From Phallusia mammillata (lineage: Eukaryota), in the NCBI GenBank assembly GCA_965637545.1, contig OZ281499.1, positions 14,384,001 through 14,448,000 on the forward strand: DNA of 64,000 nucleotides. The letters are read 5' to 3'. The position numbers and the translations under genes are program-made. Numbering within the stretch: position 1 is the stretch's first letter; each line of letters starts with the position of its first letter. Below, in pieces: positions 1 to 13,829 of the stretch. Under the pieces are notes generated by a model. The model was not told where the DNA came from. It saw only the letters and a list, made by a program, of their open reading frames with translations, and did no database searches.

Positions 1-283
1 TGTGGGAGCCAAACTCTTCTTTGTGGCGGCAGCGTAGGACATACTGGGCTGCTGTAAAAGCCACAACAAGAACTAGCCTCAAACAAAGAAAAGGCTGCAC
101 CAACCGGTGTCAAGTTGCACGAACCCGTGTGAAAGCGGGAAACAGCAACAAGCGGCTTCTCTAAACAAAGAAAACCTTCCTCGAACCGCTTGCAAGCGGA
201 CAAGAACAATGAAATTTCTGGGAAAACTTGTAAACAAGTTACCCACATGAAAATAACAAAAGCTGCCTCAAATCCAAAACTGA

Positions 284-865
<582 letters not shown>

Positions 866-905
866 ATCGTCGCCCCTGTCTCGTACGTGGTGCAAACCGA
901 AAAAC

Positions 906-921
906 GGCTCTTTTCAGAGCC
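906..921 (+). terminator. Histone 3' stem-loop (H2A); equivalents follow every histone gene
   Basis: GGCTCTTTTCAGAGCC followed by ACC and a purine-rich downstream element AAAAGAGA. Confidence 0.95.
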
Positions 922-1402
922 ACCCGAATTTTTCGCAAAAGAGATTTCAAGATGGCCGCCCCCCCCCGCTGCGGCCCGGGACCGTGCATTGCTCGCCCCG
1001 AACGAATGTCTTCCTTGTAGCCTTTGCCCAATTTTTGCGATGGCAAACTATTTCGACCAATTGAAACCGCATTCCAATTTCACAACACAGCCCTACATGA
1101 CGTCACTGTGCACCCTGTTGCCTTTGTCGTCGAGTTCGACCAGGGCTCCGGCTCCGGGCGAAACGAGCCTTTAATGTGCGTCATTCATGCTCCAGCGAGC
1201 AACTGTCCTCGCGCAATTGAATTTCACCCAACGAAACGAAATGCCATTTCGAAACACGGCAAAAGAGACTAGCCGGCGGCGGCCATGTTCCTGTTTTTGC
1301 CGCGCACATCGCAGGCAAGCGTACTTACTTACGCCGTAAAAAAATGGCACGACGCGCCGGCCCCCGAAACAAGTCAAGTATCTCTTTCGCAAGGGTTTAG
1401 GT

Positions 1403-1418
1403 GGCTCTGAAAAGAGCC
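1403..1418 (-). terminator. Histone 3' stem-loop (H3)
   Basis: Reverse complement GGCTCTTTTCAGAGCC, then GAAAGAGA. Confidence 0.93.
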
Positions 1419-1443
1419 GTTTTGGTTGTTGGTGTGCCGCTTC

Positions 1444-1980
<537 letters not shown>

Positions 1981-2125
1981 TCAGCGCTTTGATCTCGCCG
2001 CACCGGCCAAGCGGCCGGCCGCGAAACGAGTGTATTTCTGCGCAAAAACGAGCGCCGCCAAGGCCCCGGGCCTGGCCTAGCCTAGCCGCCCCTTCTCGCA
2101 AAATTCTCTCCCGCCAAGTATGGGT

Positions 2126-2141
2126 GGCCCTGAAAAGGGCC
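2126..2141 (-). terminator. Histone 3' stem-loop (H4)
   Basis: Reverse complement GGCCCTTTTCAGGGCC, then GGGAGAGA. Confidence 0.93.
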
Positions 2142-2190
2142 GATTTTGTTGTTGTTGCCGCTTGTGACAAGTCCGAAAGGTGCTGGCAGC

Positions 2191-2655
<465 letters not shown>

Positions 2656-2728
2656 TCAGTTTCGAAAGGCTAAGTGCGACTGGCGCGCGCAAAACACGAG
2701 TTGTTTTTCCCTTTGCGAAAGTGTGGGT

Positions 2729-2744
2729 GGCCCTGAAAAGAGCC
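2729..2744 (-). terminator. Histone 3' stem-loop (H1), with one U-G pair
   Basis: Reverse complement GGCTCTTTTCAGGGCC. Confidence 0.9.
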
Positions 2745-2781
2745 GTTTTTGTTGCGCGCGGAAAATCTACCGCGCTCCGCT

Positions 2782-3378
2782 CTACTTCTTGGTCGCCTTC
2801 TTGGCGGCAGGCTTTTTGGCCTGCTTCTTGGCTGCCGGTTTCTTCGCCTTCACAGCCGTCTTCTTGGGTGACTTCTTAGCCGCCGCAGCCGGGGCCCTTT
2901 TCGCTTGCTTGGCCGCCTTCTTGGGTGACGACTTCTTGCCCGCCGCCGCCTTCTTGGCAGGCGCTTTTTTGGCGGCCGGCTTCTTTTTCGGGGACTTCTT
3001 CGCGTCCTTCTTGGCTGCGGCCGCCTTGGGCTTGTCCGCCTTCTTGCCGGCTGCTGCCTTGGGCTTCTTCTTCTTCTTGCCCTCGCCGGCCTGCGGCTTC
3101 ACGAGCTTGAAGGAGCCGGACGCGCCGGTGCCCTTGGTGCGTGCCAACTGGCCCTTTTCGGCAAGGCGCCGCAGCGCCAGCTTGATATGGCTGTCGGCCG
3201 AGTCACCCACCTTGTAGTTGGCCTTGATGTACTTGGCGATCGCCTGGCGCGACGAGCCGCCCCTCTCCTTCAGCTGCGCGATGGCAGCGCTGATCATCTC
3301 CTGGTATGTGGGGTGCGCCTTGGGCGCGGCCGCCTTCTTGCTGGCCTGCTTCTTTCCTGCGCTCTTCGCGTCGGACAT
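2782..3378 (-). CDS. H1: Linker histone H1 (type A, 198 aa)
   Basis: Globular domain [32 protein letters not shown]; K/A/P-rich tail with SPKK. Confidence 0.97.
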   Translation of the reverse strand: MSDAKSAGKKQASKKAAAPKAHPTYQEMISAAIAQLKERGGSSRQAIAKYIKANYKVGDSADSHIKLALRRLAEKGQLARTKGTGASGSFKLVKPQAGEGKKKKKPKAAAGKKADKPKAAAAKKDAKKSPKKKPAAKKAPAKKAAAGKKSSPKKAAKQAKRAPAAAAKKSPKKTAVKAKKPAAKKQAKKPAAKKATKK

Positions 3379-4718
3379 TTTGATTTCTGCTAGTGACTGA
3401 CTGACTGACTGACAAAGAAATGACGTTTGCCGGTCGAGCGGCTTCGACGCGTATTTGTACGGCGTGTCCGCACTAACGCGAAACGACGTTTCGGAAAGCC
3501 CGCCGACGGTGCGGGTGCAACTTGCTGTTTGTGCTTGAATCGCCTAAACGCGGGCCTGCCCAAGCGCGGCCCCAGGTCGCTCGGCGTCGGCCTGTGCCCT
3601 GTCGAGGAGCGTAGCGCTCAGGGCGCACGCCAGCGCAATTGCAGACCGGCACCGCGCCGCCGCGCTCCACGGGGGGCTCAGGAGCGAGGCGGCAAGGTGT
3701 GCGGTGCGCCCGGTCGAGTGCAGGCGTGGCCTTCACGCGGGCGTGGGCCCGGGTGGGACGGATTCAGGCGATTTCTCTTGTCGAAAACGCAAGTCCCAGG
3801 TGGCCCGGAGCTCGTGGCACCGGGCACTGTCCGGTGCGGTGGTGCGGGTCGAAGTGGTGGGGCCGCCAAGGCCGCGGGTTAGTACAGGTTGGGCCCGGCG
3901 CGTGCGCAGCAGGGGTCACGCCGCTGGTCGGGCCACCAGAGCGAAAGAGAGAGGGCCGAAAGTGAGACAGCACGCGTGTTTGGTTGTTTGGTTGTTTGCC
4001 TTGGCCCTTGGCCTCGCGCCCGTTGATTGCGTTTTGTCGACGCATTTGCACGGGTTCGGCTCGTCGGTGGGGCGGGTGGCGCCTGACGGTTGTCGTTAGT
4101 TCGCCGGTCGGCTTGCTGCACCACGTTTCAGTATTTTGTTTCGCCAGTTTGCGCGGCTTTTGCGGTTCGATGCGCGCGTGGGTATTGGCAGGAGGCGAAA
4201 TCGTGCGGCGCACGTAAAGCCGAGCGCGCGGTGTTGCCGCTTTGTCCATCTTTTCCTATTTCTCTGGCTTGCGGCAGGTTATGACGCACTTGTGTTCCTT
4301 TTAATGGCTGTAAAATCGTTCGCGGTCTGGGGTTTTTCCCTCGGGCTACTGGTTGAGTTTCGGTTCGGCGAGGTCGGGTCGTTTTTTTTCCGAGTGGCAG
4401 CGGAACTGAACTGGGCTGGCAACGGCGCAGTTTTGGGGGCATTGAAAACAAACAGTGTTTGCCTGTCGACTCGACTCGCGAAAAAGCGGCTAGATCGAGG
4501 GTGGTCCCAACGCTGAAGTGGCCAACACAAAAAGCAAAGTGCGCTTTGCCGTGGCGGCGGTACATTGTGCGCAACGACATTTTTTGGTTTTTGTTTTTTC
4601 TTGTTGGCACGGAGCAAAATGAGAAGGGAAAAAAAAGCAAAAAAACAGAAACGACAAGAAAGTCGGCAAAGCAGGCCTTTCGGCGCTCGCGATTGATTCT
4701 CTCCCTGAACGATCGGGT

Positions 4719-4734
4719 GGCTCTGAAAAGAGCC
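4719..4734 (-). terminator. Histone 3' stem-loop (H2B)
   Basis: Reverse complement GGCTCTTTTCAGAGCC, then GGGAGAGA. Confidence 0.93.
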
Positions 4735-4815
4735 GTTTTGGTTGGCGGCGGCGGCGGCGCTCGCTGAGGATGAGGCCCCCCGCGGCGGCGCTTGCTGCTG
4801 GTGGTGGTGGCTTGC

Positions 4816-5175
4816 TTACTTGGAGCTGGTGTACTTGGTGACGGCCTTGGTGCCTTCGGACACCGCGTGCTTGGCCAATTCGCCGGGCAGGAGCAGACGG
4901 ACCGAGGTCTGGATCTCGCGGCTGCTGATGGTCGACCGCTTGTTGTAGAGCGACAGGCGCGACGCCTCGCCGGCGATGCGCTCGAACACGTCGTTGACGA
5001 ACGAGTTCATGATGCCCATCGCCCGGCTCGAGATGCCGGTGTCGGGGTGCACCTGCTTCAACACCTTGTAAATGTAGATGCTGAAGGTCTCGCGTCTGCG
5101 CTTTCGCCGCTTCTTGGTCTTGTCGGCCGGCGCGGCCTTCTTCACTGCCTTCTTGGTGCCTTTGCTAGCTGCCAT
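4816..5175 (-). CDS. H2B: Histone H2B (type A)
   Basis: ...[17 protein letters not shown]...[17 protein letters not shown]; ATG at 5175. Confidence 0.97.
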   Translation of the reverse strand: MAASKGTKKAVKKAAPADKTKKRRKRRRETFSIYIYKVLKQVHPDTGISSRAMGIMNSFVNDVFERIAGEASRLSLYNKRSTISSREIQTSVRLLLPGELAKHAVSEGTKAVTKYTSSK

Positions 5176-5477
5176 GCTGCTGCTCACTGAATTTCTTTCG
5201 AAAGGAAACGAACTGAGCGGCTCTCCGGCCACCGCGGGCATTTATAGGCGCTCCATGCAAATGAGGCGTCCGTCCTCCCGACGAGCGGCGCTCCCGGGAG
5301 CAAAAGGAAACAATGGCCCCTTGTGGTCGAGTCGTGATCCGAGCGTGATCGGAGTGCGAGAGAATTTCGACAAAGGCGAGAGCTATAAAAGGAGAAGGGC
5401 GGCGAGTGGCAGGCATTCGACCTTGTTTGGTTTGTCATTCGCTCAGCTAAGCAGGCAAACAATCAGCAGTCAGCAAT
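5176..5477. promoter_or_regulatory. Bidirectional H2B/H2A promoter
   Basis: TATAAA on the minus strand at 5241-5246, octamer ATGCAAAT at 5255-5262, TATAAAA on the plus strand at 5384-5390. Blocks GGAAACAAT and TGCGAGAGAATTTCGACAAAGGC are shared with array B promoters. Confidence 0.8.
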
Positions 5478-5501
5478 ATGTCAGGACGTGGTAAAGGTGG
5501 C
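5478..5501 (+). pseudogene. H2A: 5' fragment of the H2A gene interrupted by the retrotransposon
   Basis: ATG TCA GGA CGT GGT AAA GGT GGC behind an intact H2A promoter, then diverges. Confidence 0.93.
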
Positions 5502-5704
5502 AAAGGATTGGGAAATTAGTCTGATTTCTGCCGGAAAGCTTTAACACAGGGTCGGAAGAGACCCTGTTTTGGATTTACTTATTGGATTTATTCACTGCTC
5601 TCATTGGATTTTGGATTATCCTTAAAGATCTGTGACGCACCACAAACTAAAAGTGGGCGTGGTTACCCCGCCCTTTAAGGTCGTGGGTCATCATTGTTTA
5701 CAAC

Positions 5705-7084
5705 ATGGAGGATGCCCCTGCAGGCTCCTCCATCGGTCTCCATGAGCAACAGGCCACGGGCGGCTCTGCTCCTGAGGCATCGACGCAATGTTCTTCTGCT
5801 GTCAGTACAAGACAGGGAACGCTCCCTAGGGGAGGACCCCCCGCTGCAAAGCGTGGATGGAATAGAGTTGTCAGCGGAGGCACTACAGGGCCCACTGCAT
5901 CCTTTTCACGGGAAACGGAGGTGATGGTTAAATTTCCCGCCAAGAAAACACGGGGGCTCATTTACAAATGGTTAGAGAAGATTAAGTTTCCTCTCCAATC
6001 AATAGAAGGCATTGTCGAAAGGTTTAATGGCCTTACCGACATTACCTGTACATCGAAGGAGAAAGCGAGAGCACTCGCTGAAAGATTGAATACCTTAAAG
6101 GAAGTTGAATATGCCAAACTTCATGATCCGGAATTTACAGACGTCATAATAGAGCATATACCGAATAGGCTTGAATGGGAGCCGATCCTATACCAACTAG
6201 AGCGACGACACGGAGAAGTACGGAAATATTATAAATTGCGGGATCCGCAATACAGAAAATTTAATGGCAAAAGAATCTTCGAGGTGAGAACGAGCGACCT
6301 GAAGGAAAACCCGATACCGAAGAATGTAAGAGTAAGCGGTCTCAAATTCGTAGTGCACTATGACAATCAACCCATCCAGTGTTTTCTTTGTCGAAAGTTT
6401 GGTCACAGAGACCGTGATTGTCCTCAAGAGGATATTGACGTAGAAGATTTTCCTTCTCTGAATATCACCCCTAAAGAAAGCAAACGCAATCACAGTCGCC
6501 ATGCCACTGTAATCAACGCGGTGGCTAACGCAAAGGCCGTCAAAGAGGCATATGAAGAATTGAAGAGAACGGCTGCAATTGCAGATCCGCAAAGCAGTAC
6601 AACGAAAGATTCACTCGATACCAGCGAAGGGGACCCCGTTCCCCCCTCACAGGATGCAACGGATACACCACCTAATGAGGCCCAGGAGGAGGAGGTCCAC
6701 TGCGACTCCTCAACATTAATCACCGATTCCAGCGGCGAAGCAGGGGACGGAGAGGAGACTTCGGAGGAGGAGAAGGAGGAGACCTCGGAGGGAAACGGCT
6801 TTACAAAGGTCAGCAGAAAGAGGCGAGGGAGGTCTACTCCCTCCCCTAACAATAACATTAAGAAAAAGTTGCAAAAAATATCCAAGTGCCCGTGTGGGCG
6901 CTTTGTGGGAGAACCAGGTCCGGGCTTGCAGAAGGTCTGCGAGGGCTGTTCCGCAATCACTTTTGGTTGTGCTTGCGGTTCAGTTCTCGCAGTCCAACCC
7001 GGACATACAACAACTTGCCCAAAGTGCGAGAGGACTTACCATCCTCATACGCACCACGCTAGTGACCCGGGTGGTCAAACGTAA
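5705..7084 (+). CDS. Retrotransposon ORF1 (gag-like nucleic-acid-binding protein)
   Basis: 459 aa; CX2CX4HX4C knuckle CFLCRKFGHRDRDC (6380-6421), acidic linker, basic patch RKRRGR, C-terminal 8-Cys domain. Confidence 0.9.
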   Translation: MEDAPAGSSIGLHEQQATGGSAPEASTQCSSAVSTRQGTLPRGGPPAAKRGWNRVVSGGTTGPTASFSRETEVMVKFPAKKTRGLIYKWLEKIKFPLQSIEGIVERFNGLTDITCTSKEKARALAERLNTLKEVEYAKLHDPEFTDVIIEHIPNRLEWEPILYQLERRHGEVRKYYKLRDPQYRKFNGKRIFEVRTSDLKENPIPKNVRVSGLKFVVHYDNQPIQCFLCRKFGHRDRDCPQEDIDVEDFPSLNITPKESKRNHSRHATVINAVANAKAVKEAYEELKRTAAIADPQSSTTKDSLDTSEGDPVPPSQDATDTPPNEAQEEEVHCDSSTLITDSSGEAGDGEETSEEEKEETSEGNGFTKVSRKRRGRSTPSPNNNIKKKLQKISKCPCGRFVGEPGPGLQKVCEGCSAITFGCACGSVLAVQPGHTTTCPKCERTYHPHTHHASDPGGQT

Positions 7085-7132
7085 TCTATATTATCTTTGC
7101 ATCCTTTTATTTACACTGCCTAATTTTTTTTA

Positions 7133-10100
7133 ATGGCTGACTACCTTAAAATAACAACCCTCAACTGCCGAGGACTCGCGGATGACGCCAGGAGACTGGC
7201 CGTCTTCGAGAGTCTTCGGCAGTTGGAAGTCCATGTCGTCCTCCTGCAAGAGACTCACTCGAGAATCGAACAGGAGGAGACATGGACTCGTCAATTTGGG
7301 CCTTCCAGAGCCTTGTTCTATTCAAATCAAAATAACAAAAGTGTGGCGAGCAATGGAGTCGCAATTTTACTAATTCACCCGTCTCTCTCTTTTGTGTCGC
7401 ATCACGGGGATCGGGACGGGAGGGTTGTGGTTGCCGATATTAAAATATTTACTCAATACGTACACGTCATAAACGTGTACGCCCCGGAAAAAGATATTAA
7501 AGCTGCAATTAGAAAATCATTTTTTGAAAATTTGTATCCATTCGTAACCTCCAATCACCCAATTATACTCGCAGGCGATTTTAATGGGGTTGAACAACCC
7601 GGTTTAGACCGTTTTCCCCCCTCTAAACGCAACAATACGGCAATGGTTCCTTTGAGGCAACTCTGCCATGACTTTCAGCTTTCCGACACTTTTCGTTCCT
7701 TGCACGGAAACAAGCACATTTTTACGCGGCGACAAGGAAATTCGCAATCTCGTTTAGATCGCTTTTATGTAAATAATTCGATACAACCAATTCACGAAAA
7801 AACCCAAAATTTTTCTCTTTCGGACCACGACGCGGTGATCCTCACTGTCCAAATTGGGCCTCTGCCCCAGCGAGGATCACCGCCATGGAAAAATAATGTC
7901 GCCGCGTACGATGAGCACTTCCAGGAGGAGCTCTCGAACAGATGGCCTCGGTGGCTAACACTGGAGGAACATTTGTTCGAGAACGCTCCTTCCTGGTGGA
8001 TGCTCATCAAACAAAAAATTAAATCATTAAATATACAAAATTCGAAACGTCTAGCTAAATTACAAAAACAAGAACAAAAGGACCTGGAACGAAAAGTGTT
8101 GGAATTGTGGGAAGGCATGGCAGAGAATCCTTCCCTACTTCCCCAATATTATACCCTTAAAAAACAATTGGCCACCCTTCTTCGCAATAGGGCGAAGAAG
8201 AAAATTACTAGGGACCGACTTTTAAGTTTTGAACAAGGAGATAGGGGAACCAAAGAATTTTTTCAACGCTTTGCCCAGAATCGCCAAAGGACTTTGATCG
8301 AAAGCCTGGTTGACGATTCTGGGCAAGCAAACTCCGACATCCCATTTATTTTGGAAAAAACCGCAAAATTTTACGAAAACCTTTTTTCGGCCAGTAATGT
8401 AAATGAGCCCATCCAAGAACAATTCTTAAATAATATACATCCCAAATTTAGCGAGAACGCATGTTTGGCATTAACCGAAATAATTAGTAAAGAAGAAATT
8501 GAACGCGCTCTCGCCACGTTTAAAGCTGGGAAATCTCCCGGACCCGATGGTCTCTCCTTTGAATTTTATAAACTCAATTGGGGAACCATCGGGACAAAAT
8601 TTACTGAAATTATTAATTGCATCCATAACGGTCAAATTCCCTCAAATTTTAACGATGGGCTCATTACACTTATCCACAAAAAAAACGACAAGGACCAATT
8701 AGGTAACTACAGACCTATCTCCTTGCTCAATTCTGACCTAAAAATATATTCTAAAATCCTTTCCCTTCGCCTCAAGGCCATTTTACCGGATGTTGTTCAA
8801 CCCCATCAATTTGCAACACCCGGCAAAAAAATATCGGAAGCCACAACCCTCTTACGGGACCTTTTGCATGAGGCCCAAAGGAGAGAGCTTAATTACTACT
8901 TTATTTCGCTAGACTTTAAAAAAGCATTCGACTCCATTGCCCACACTTGGCTCTGGAAGGTCCTGTCTAAACTGGGCTTTCCTCAACAATACATTAACAA
9001 TATTAAAAACTTGTACAGGGAGGGCAGCTCGAAGATTCTCGTCAATGGCTTTTCCACCAGAAGCGTTCCCATTCGAAACGGTGTTCGTCAGGGCGACCCC
9101 CTTAGCCTGTACTTGTTCGTACTGGCTATTGAACCCCTCGCCCAAGCGTTCCAGGATGACCCCAGTGTTGAGGGAATCCGCCTACCTGGAAGGCATTTGA
9201 TTAAGTGCCCCAGCTATGCGGATGACGTCACACTGACCCTCACCCATTCTTATTCGGTAAATAAAGCTTTCCACATTCTTGACCTTTTTTATTTGGCGTC
9301 GGGCTTAAAAATTAATCCTGAAAAAACAAAAGGCATTAAGCCAAGCAACCTAAACACCTCTACCCAACTTCCCGATATCAATTGGTCTGAATCAAAATTG
9401 GATATTTTAGGAATTTCGATCGGCCCTCAAAAAACAATTCAAAACTTGTGGGAAGCAAATACCCAAAAATTAAAACAAGAAATCTCGCTCTTAAAGCGCT
9501 ACCCCTGCACCTGGAACGCCAAGTCACTCTTATCAAAAGCCAAATTATTACCACACCTATCCTATACTGCTAACCTTTATCCCCTCCCTGGCGACATCGC
9601 AGAGAAAGTGAACGCCATGGTGGAAAAGTACGTGTGCGGGAGTCGGAGAGTTGCCCTCCCGATTGAAACACTAAGCAAACCATTTGACAGAGGTGGGTAC
9701 AATGTGGCAAACATCCCTCTATACTGTGACCTGCTTTATCTTTCTAACATTTATCAATATTGTAAACATAGAGAAAACAATTTAACAACCACACCCGGTC
9801 TTGCCTTGACGGAATACAACATCGGGCATCAGCTTTCCCGTCAATTTGGCTTTCGTTTAATAAACAGCACTCCCCATGCTGATGTCCCATCACCCTTCTA
9901 CACCCATTCTCTAAAATTAATTGATAAATACAAATTAAAACTAGAAACCCTCCTCAATGGCAAGATTCGTAACCTTTATCGTTCCCTCAATTGCTCCCCT
10001 AGTGGCACCCTCCACCCGTCCCAGAGTGACCACTGGAGGAGCATTCACCACCCTATACTCTCCAATAACTTACGAACTTTAAATTACCGAATAACATGGA

Positions 10101-10546
10101 ATTGCCTTCCCCTTTCTACAAAATTTTCCCATTTCCTTCTCGACAACGACACATTGTGCCCCTTCTGTCAAAACTTCGCCGAAACAACATGGCATATTTT
10201 TGCTGAATGTTCTCAAATTCAACCGGTTTGGCGCGAGGTGCACCAACTCATCACTCGTGCCACTGGGTGCACCTCGTTAAACATTTCAATTGCTTTGATC
10301 ATCAATATGGAAATACCACCGCCCCTGGAGTACTGGTCCGACCTTTTAATTTACTTGATTTCTGTTACGAAACATAGTATTTGGATACATCGCAACAAAA
10401 TAAAATATGATAAAATACAACCCTCAACCAACAAAATTTTTTTGTCTGTTAAACAATCCATCATTCACCGACTTTTCTTTGAGAACAAACGCCGTGATAC
10501 CACTTTTTTACCAGTACTCCAGGGGCTGAGGGAAGCCCTAAGGTAG
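7133..10546 (+). CDS. Retrotransposon ORF2: APE endonuclease, reverse transcriptase, C-terminal CCHC motif
   Basis: 1137 aa. Endonuclease motifs TLNCRGL, LQETH, GDFN, SRLDRFY, SDH. RT motifs KSPGPDG, NYRPISLLN, LDFKKAFD, GVRQGDPLS, YADD. C-terminal CPFC-x8-H-x4-C. Confidence 0.97.
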   Translation: MADYLKITTLNCRGLADDARRLAVFESLRQLEVHVVLLQETHSRIEQEETWTRQFGPSRALFYSNQNNKSVASNGVAILLIHPSLSFVSHHGDRDGRVVVADIKIFTQYVHVINVYAPEKDIKAAIRKSFFENLYPFVTSNHPIILAGDFNGVEQPGLDRFPPSKRNNTAMVPLRQLCHDFQLSDTFRSLHGNKHIFTRRQGNSQSRLDRFYVNNSIQPIHEKTQNFSLSDHDAVILTVQIGPLPQRGSPPWKNNVAAYDEHFQEELSNRWPRWLTLEEHLFENAPSWWMLIKQKIKSLNIQNSKRLAKLQKQEQKDLERKVLELWEGMAENPSLLPQYYTLKKQLATLLRNRAKKKITRDRLLSFEQGDRGTKEFFQRFAQNRQRTLIESLVDDSGQANSDIPFILEKTAKFYENLFSASNVNEPIQEQFLNNIHPKFSENACLALTEIISKEEIERALATFKAGKSPGPDGLSFEFYKLNWGTIGTKFTEIINCIHNGQIPSNFNDGLITLIHKKNDKDQLGNYRPISLLNSDLKIYSKILSLRLKAILPDVVQPHQFATPGKKISEATTLLRDLLHEAQRRELNYYFISLDFKKAFDSIAHTWLWKVLSKLGFPQQYINNIKNLYREGSSKILVNGFSTRSVPIRNGVRQGDPLSLYLFVLAIEPLAQAFQDDPSVEGIRLPGRHLIKCPSYADDVTLTLTHSYSVNKAFHILDLFYLASGLKINPEKTKGIKPSNLNTSTQLPDINWSESKLDILGISIGPQKTIQNLWEANTQKLKQEISLLKRYPCTWNAKSLLSKAKLLPHLSYTANLYPLPGDIAEKVNAMVEKYVCGSRRVALPIETLSKPFDRGGYNVANIPLYCDLLYLSNIYQYCKHRENNLTTTPGLALTEYNIGHQLSRQFGFRLINSTPHADVPSPFYTHSLKLIDKYKLKLETLLNGKIRNLYRSLNCSPSGTLHPSQSDHWRSIHHPILSNNLRTLNYRITWNCLPLSTKFSHFLLDNDTLCPFCQNFAETTWHIFAECSQIQPVWREVHQLITRATGCTSLNISIALIINMEIPPPLEYWSDLLIYLISVTKHSIWIHRNKIKYDKIQPSTNKIFLSVKQSIIHRLFFENKRRDTTFLPVLQGLREALR

Positions 10547-10670
10547 TCAGCCAATTACTTGTGTTGTCATTATTTAATTTGTTTTGTTTTTCCGCTTACG
10601 TTTTTTCTTTTTCCGATTATTACTATTTCCCACTTACCCATGTCTACAATTTATATCCACTTTTACGACC

Positions 10671-10701
<31 letters not shown>

Positions 10702-11531
10702 GCAAATGCGCACAGATATATACCAAACTTTGTACTAAATGAAGGTATATAATACGCATTCAAATATATATGAATGTAACTGTCAACGGTCATTAGACAA
10801 CATTGCCCATGTTGCTTATTATGTTTATGTTTCTATCGTTTTTCTCAGTCCTTCACTTCACACCCGGTTTTCTGTTGTTTGTCCGAAAAAAAAAAATAAA
10901 AAAAATACCTACATACATTTGTGTGCATGTGTATTTATTGTGTATGTGATATGTATATATGTCCTGTTTTTGTCGTCGATGTGTTTCGTCCTTTTCTCGA
11001 GAAATATGCATAAAATGCGCATGTAGCACACATCCGCTATACATATACTTGTTGCCATAGTCACGTTACCCCCCGCTCATCGTGCTTCATCGGTCTCATC
11101 CGATATATAAATATATTTATACAGCGACCATTCTATTGGCACTTAAACTAATGACATCCTGTTCACTATCTAATATTTGTATATAATATCATTGTTAACT
11201 ACGCTCATCTCTTTATTTCTGTATTTGCGCTATTTAATAATATTAATAAATAATAATAACATAATTAGGCTCTATATTTCTTTCCTTTTTCTCTGCCATA
11301 ATTATTTGTTTTGTAAACTATTATCATTTATTGCGTACATGCTATTGCAGTGTTTCTATTATTATAATATTTTGTATGTATTTAACTCCGTTGTGTTACA
11401 TCAATTTGTCTTCGTAATATAAAAATTTGTTGTGATATACCAAATGGTGTGTTTGTAATCCAATGTGCTTTCGCAATGTATTATGTTGTTTTTCGCATGT
11501 ACGATTTTTCGGTTGTGTAATTTCTTTTTGA

Positions 11532-11912
<381 letters not shown>

Positions 11913-12491
11913 ATCGTCGCCCCTGTCTCGTACGTGGTGCAAACCGAAAAACGGCTCTTTTCAGAGCCACCCGAATTTTTCGCAAAAGAGATTTCAAGAT
12001 GGCCGCCCCCCCCCCGCTGCGGCCCGGGACCGTGCATTGCTCGCCCCGAACGAATGTCTTCCTTGTAGCCTTTGCCCAATTTTTGCGATGGCAAACTATT
12101 TCGACCAATTGAAACCGCATTCCAATTTCACAACACAGCCCTACATGACGTCACTGTGCACCCTGTTGCCTTTGTCGTCGAGTTCGACCAGGGCTCCGGC
12201 TCCGGGCGAAACGAGCCTTTAATGTGCGTCATTCATGCTCCAGCGAGCAACTGTCCTCGCGCAATTGAATTTCACCCAACGAAACGAAATGCCATTTCGA
12301 AACACGGCAAAAGAGACTAGCCGGCGGCGGCCATGTTCCTGTTTTTGCCGCGCACATCGCAGGCAAGCGTACTTACTTACGCCGTAAAAAAATGGCACGA
12401 CGCGCCGGCCCCCGAAACAAGTCAAGTATCTCTTTCGCAAGGGTTTAGGTGGCTCTGAAAAGAGCCGTTTTGGTTGTTGGTGTGCCGCTTC

Positions 12492-13028
<537 letters not shown>

Positions 13029-13238
13029 TCAGCGCTTTGATCTCGCCGCACCGGCCAAGCGGCCGGCCGCGAAACGAGTGTATTTCTGCGCAAAAACGAG
13101 CGCCGCCAAGGCCCCGGGCCTGGCCTAGCCTAGCCGCCCCTTCTCGCAAAATTCTCTCCCGCCAAGTATGGGTGGCCCTGAAAAGGGCCGATTTTGTTGT
13201 TGTTGCCGCTTGTGACAAGTCCGAAAGGTGCTGGCAGC

Positions 13239-13703
<465 letters not shown>

Positions 13704-13829
13704 TCAGTTTCGAAAGGCTAAGTGCGACTGGCGCGCGCAAAACACGAGTTGTTTTTCCCTTTGCGAAAGTGTGGGTGGCCCTGAAAAGAGCCGTTTTTGT
13801 TGCGCGCGGAAAATCTACCGCGCTCCGCT

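Noticed and set aside
959-967. Poly-C length variation (9/10/12/12) between A units
   Set aside because: Homopolymer slippage or sequencing error in a non-coding spacer.
3394-3413. (TGAC)5 microsatellite
   Set aside because: Lies at the H1 transcription start region (TCAGT initiator-like) and is not an independent element.
5520-5540. CTGAT...GAAA as a hammerhead ribozyme core
   Set aside because: Lacks the CUGAnGA consensus and the flanking stems.
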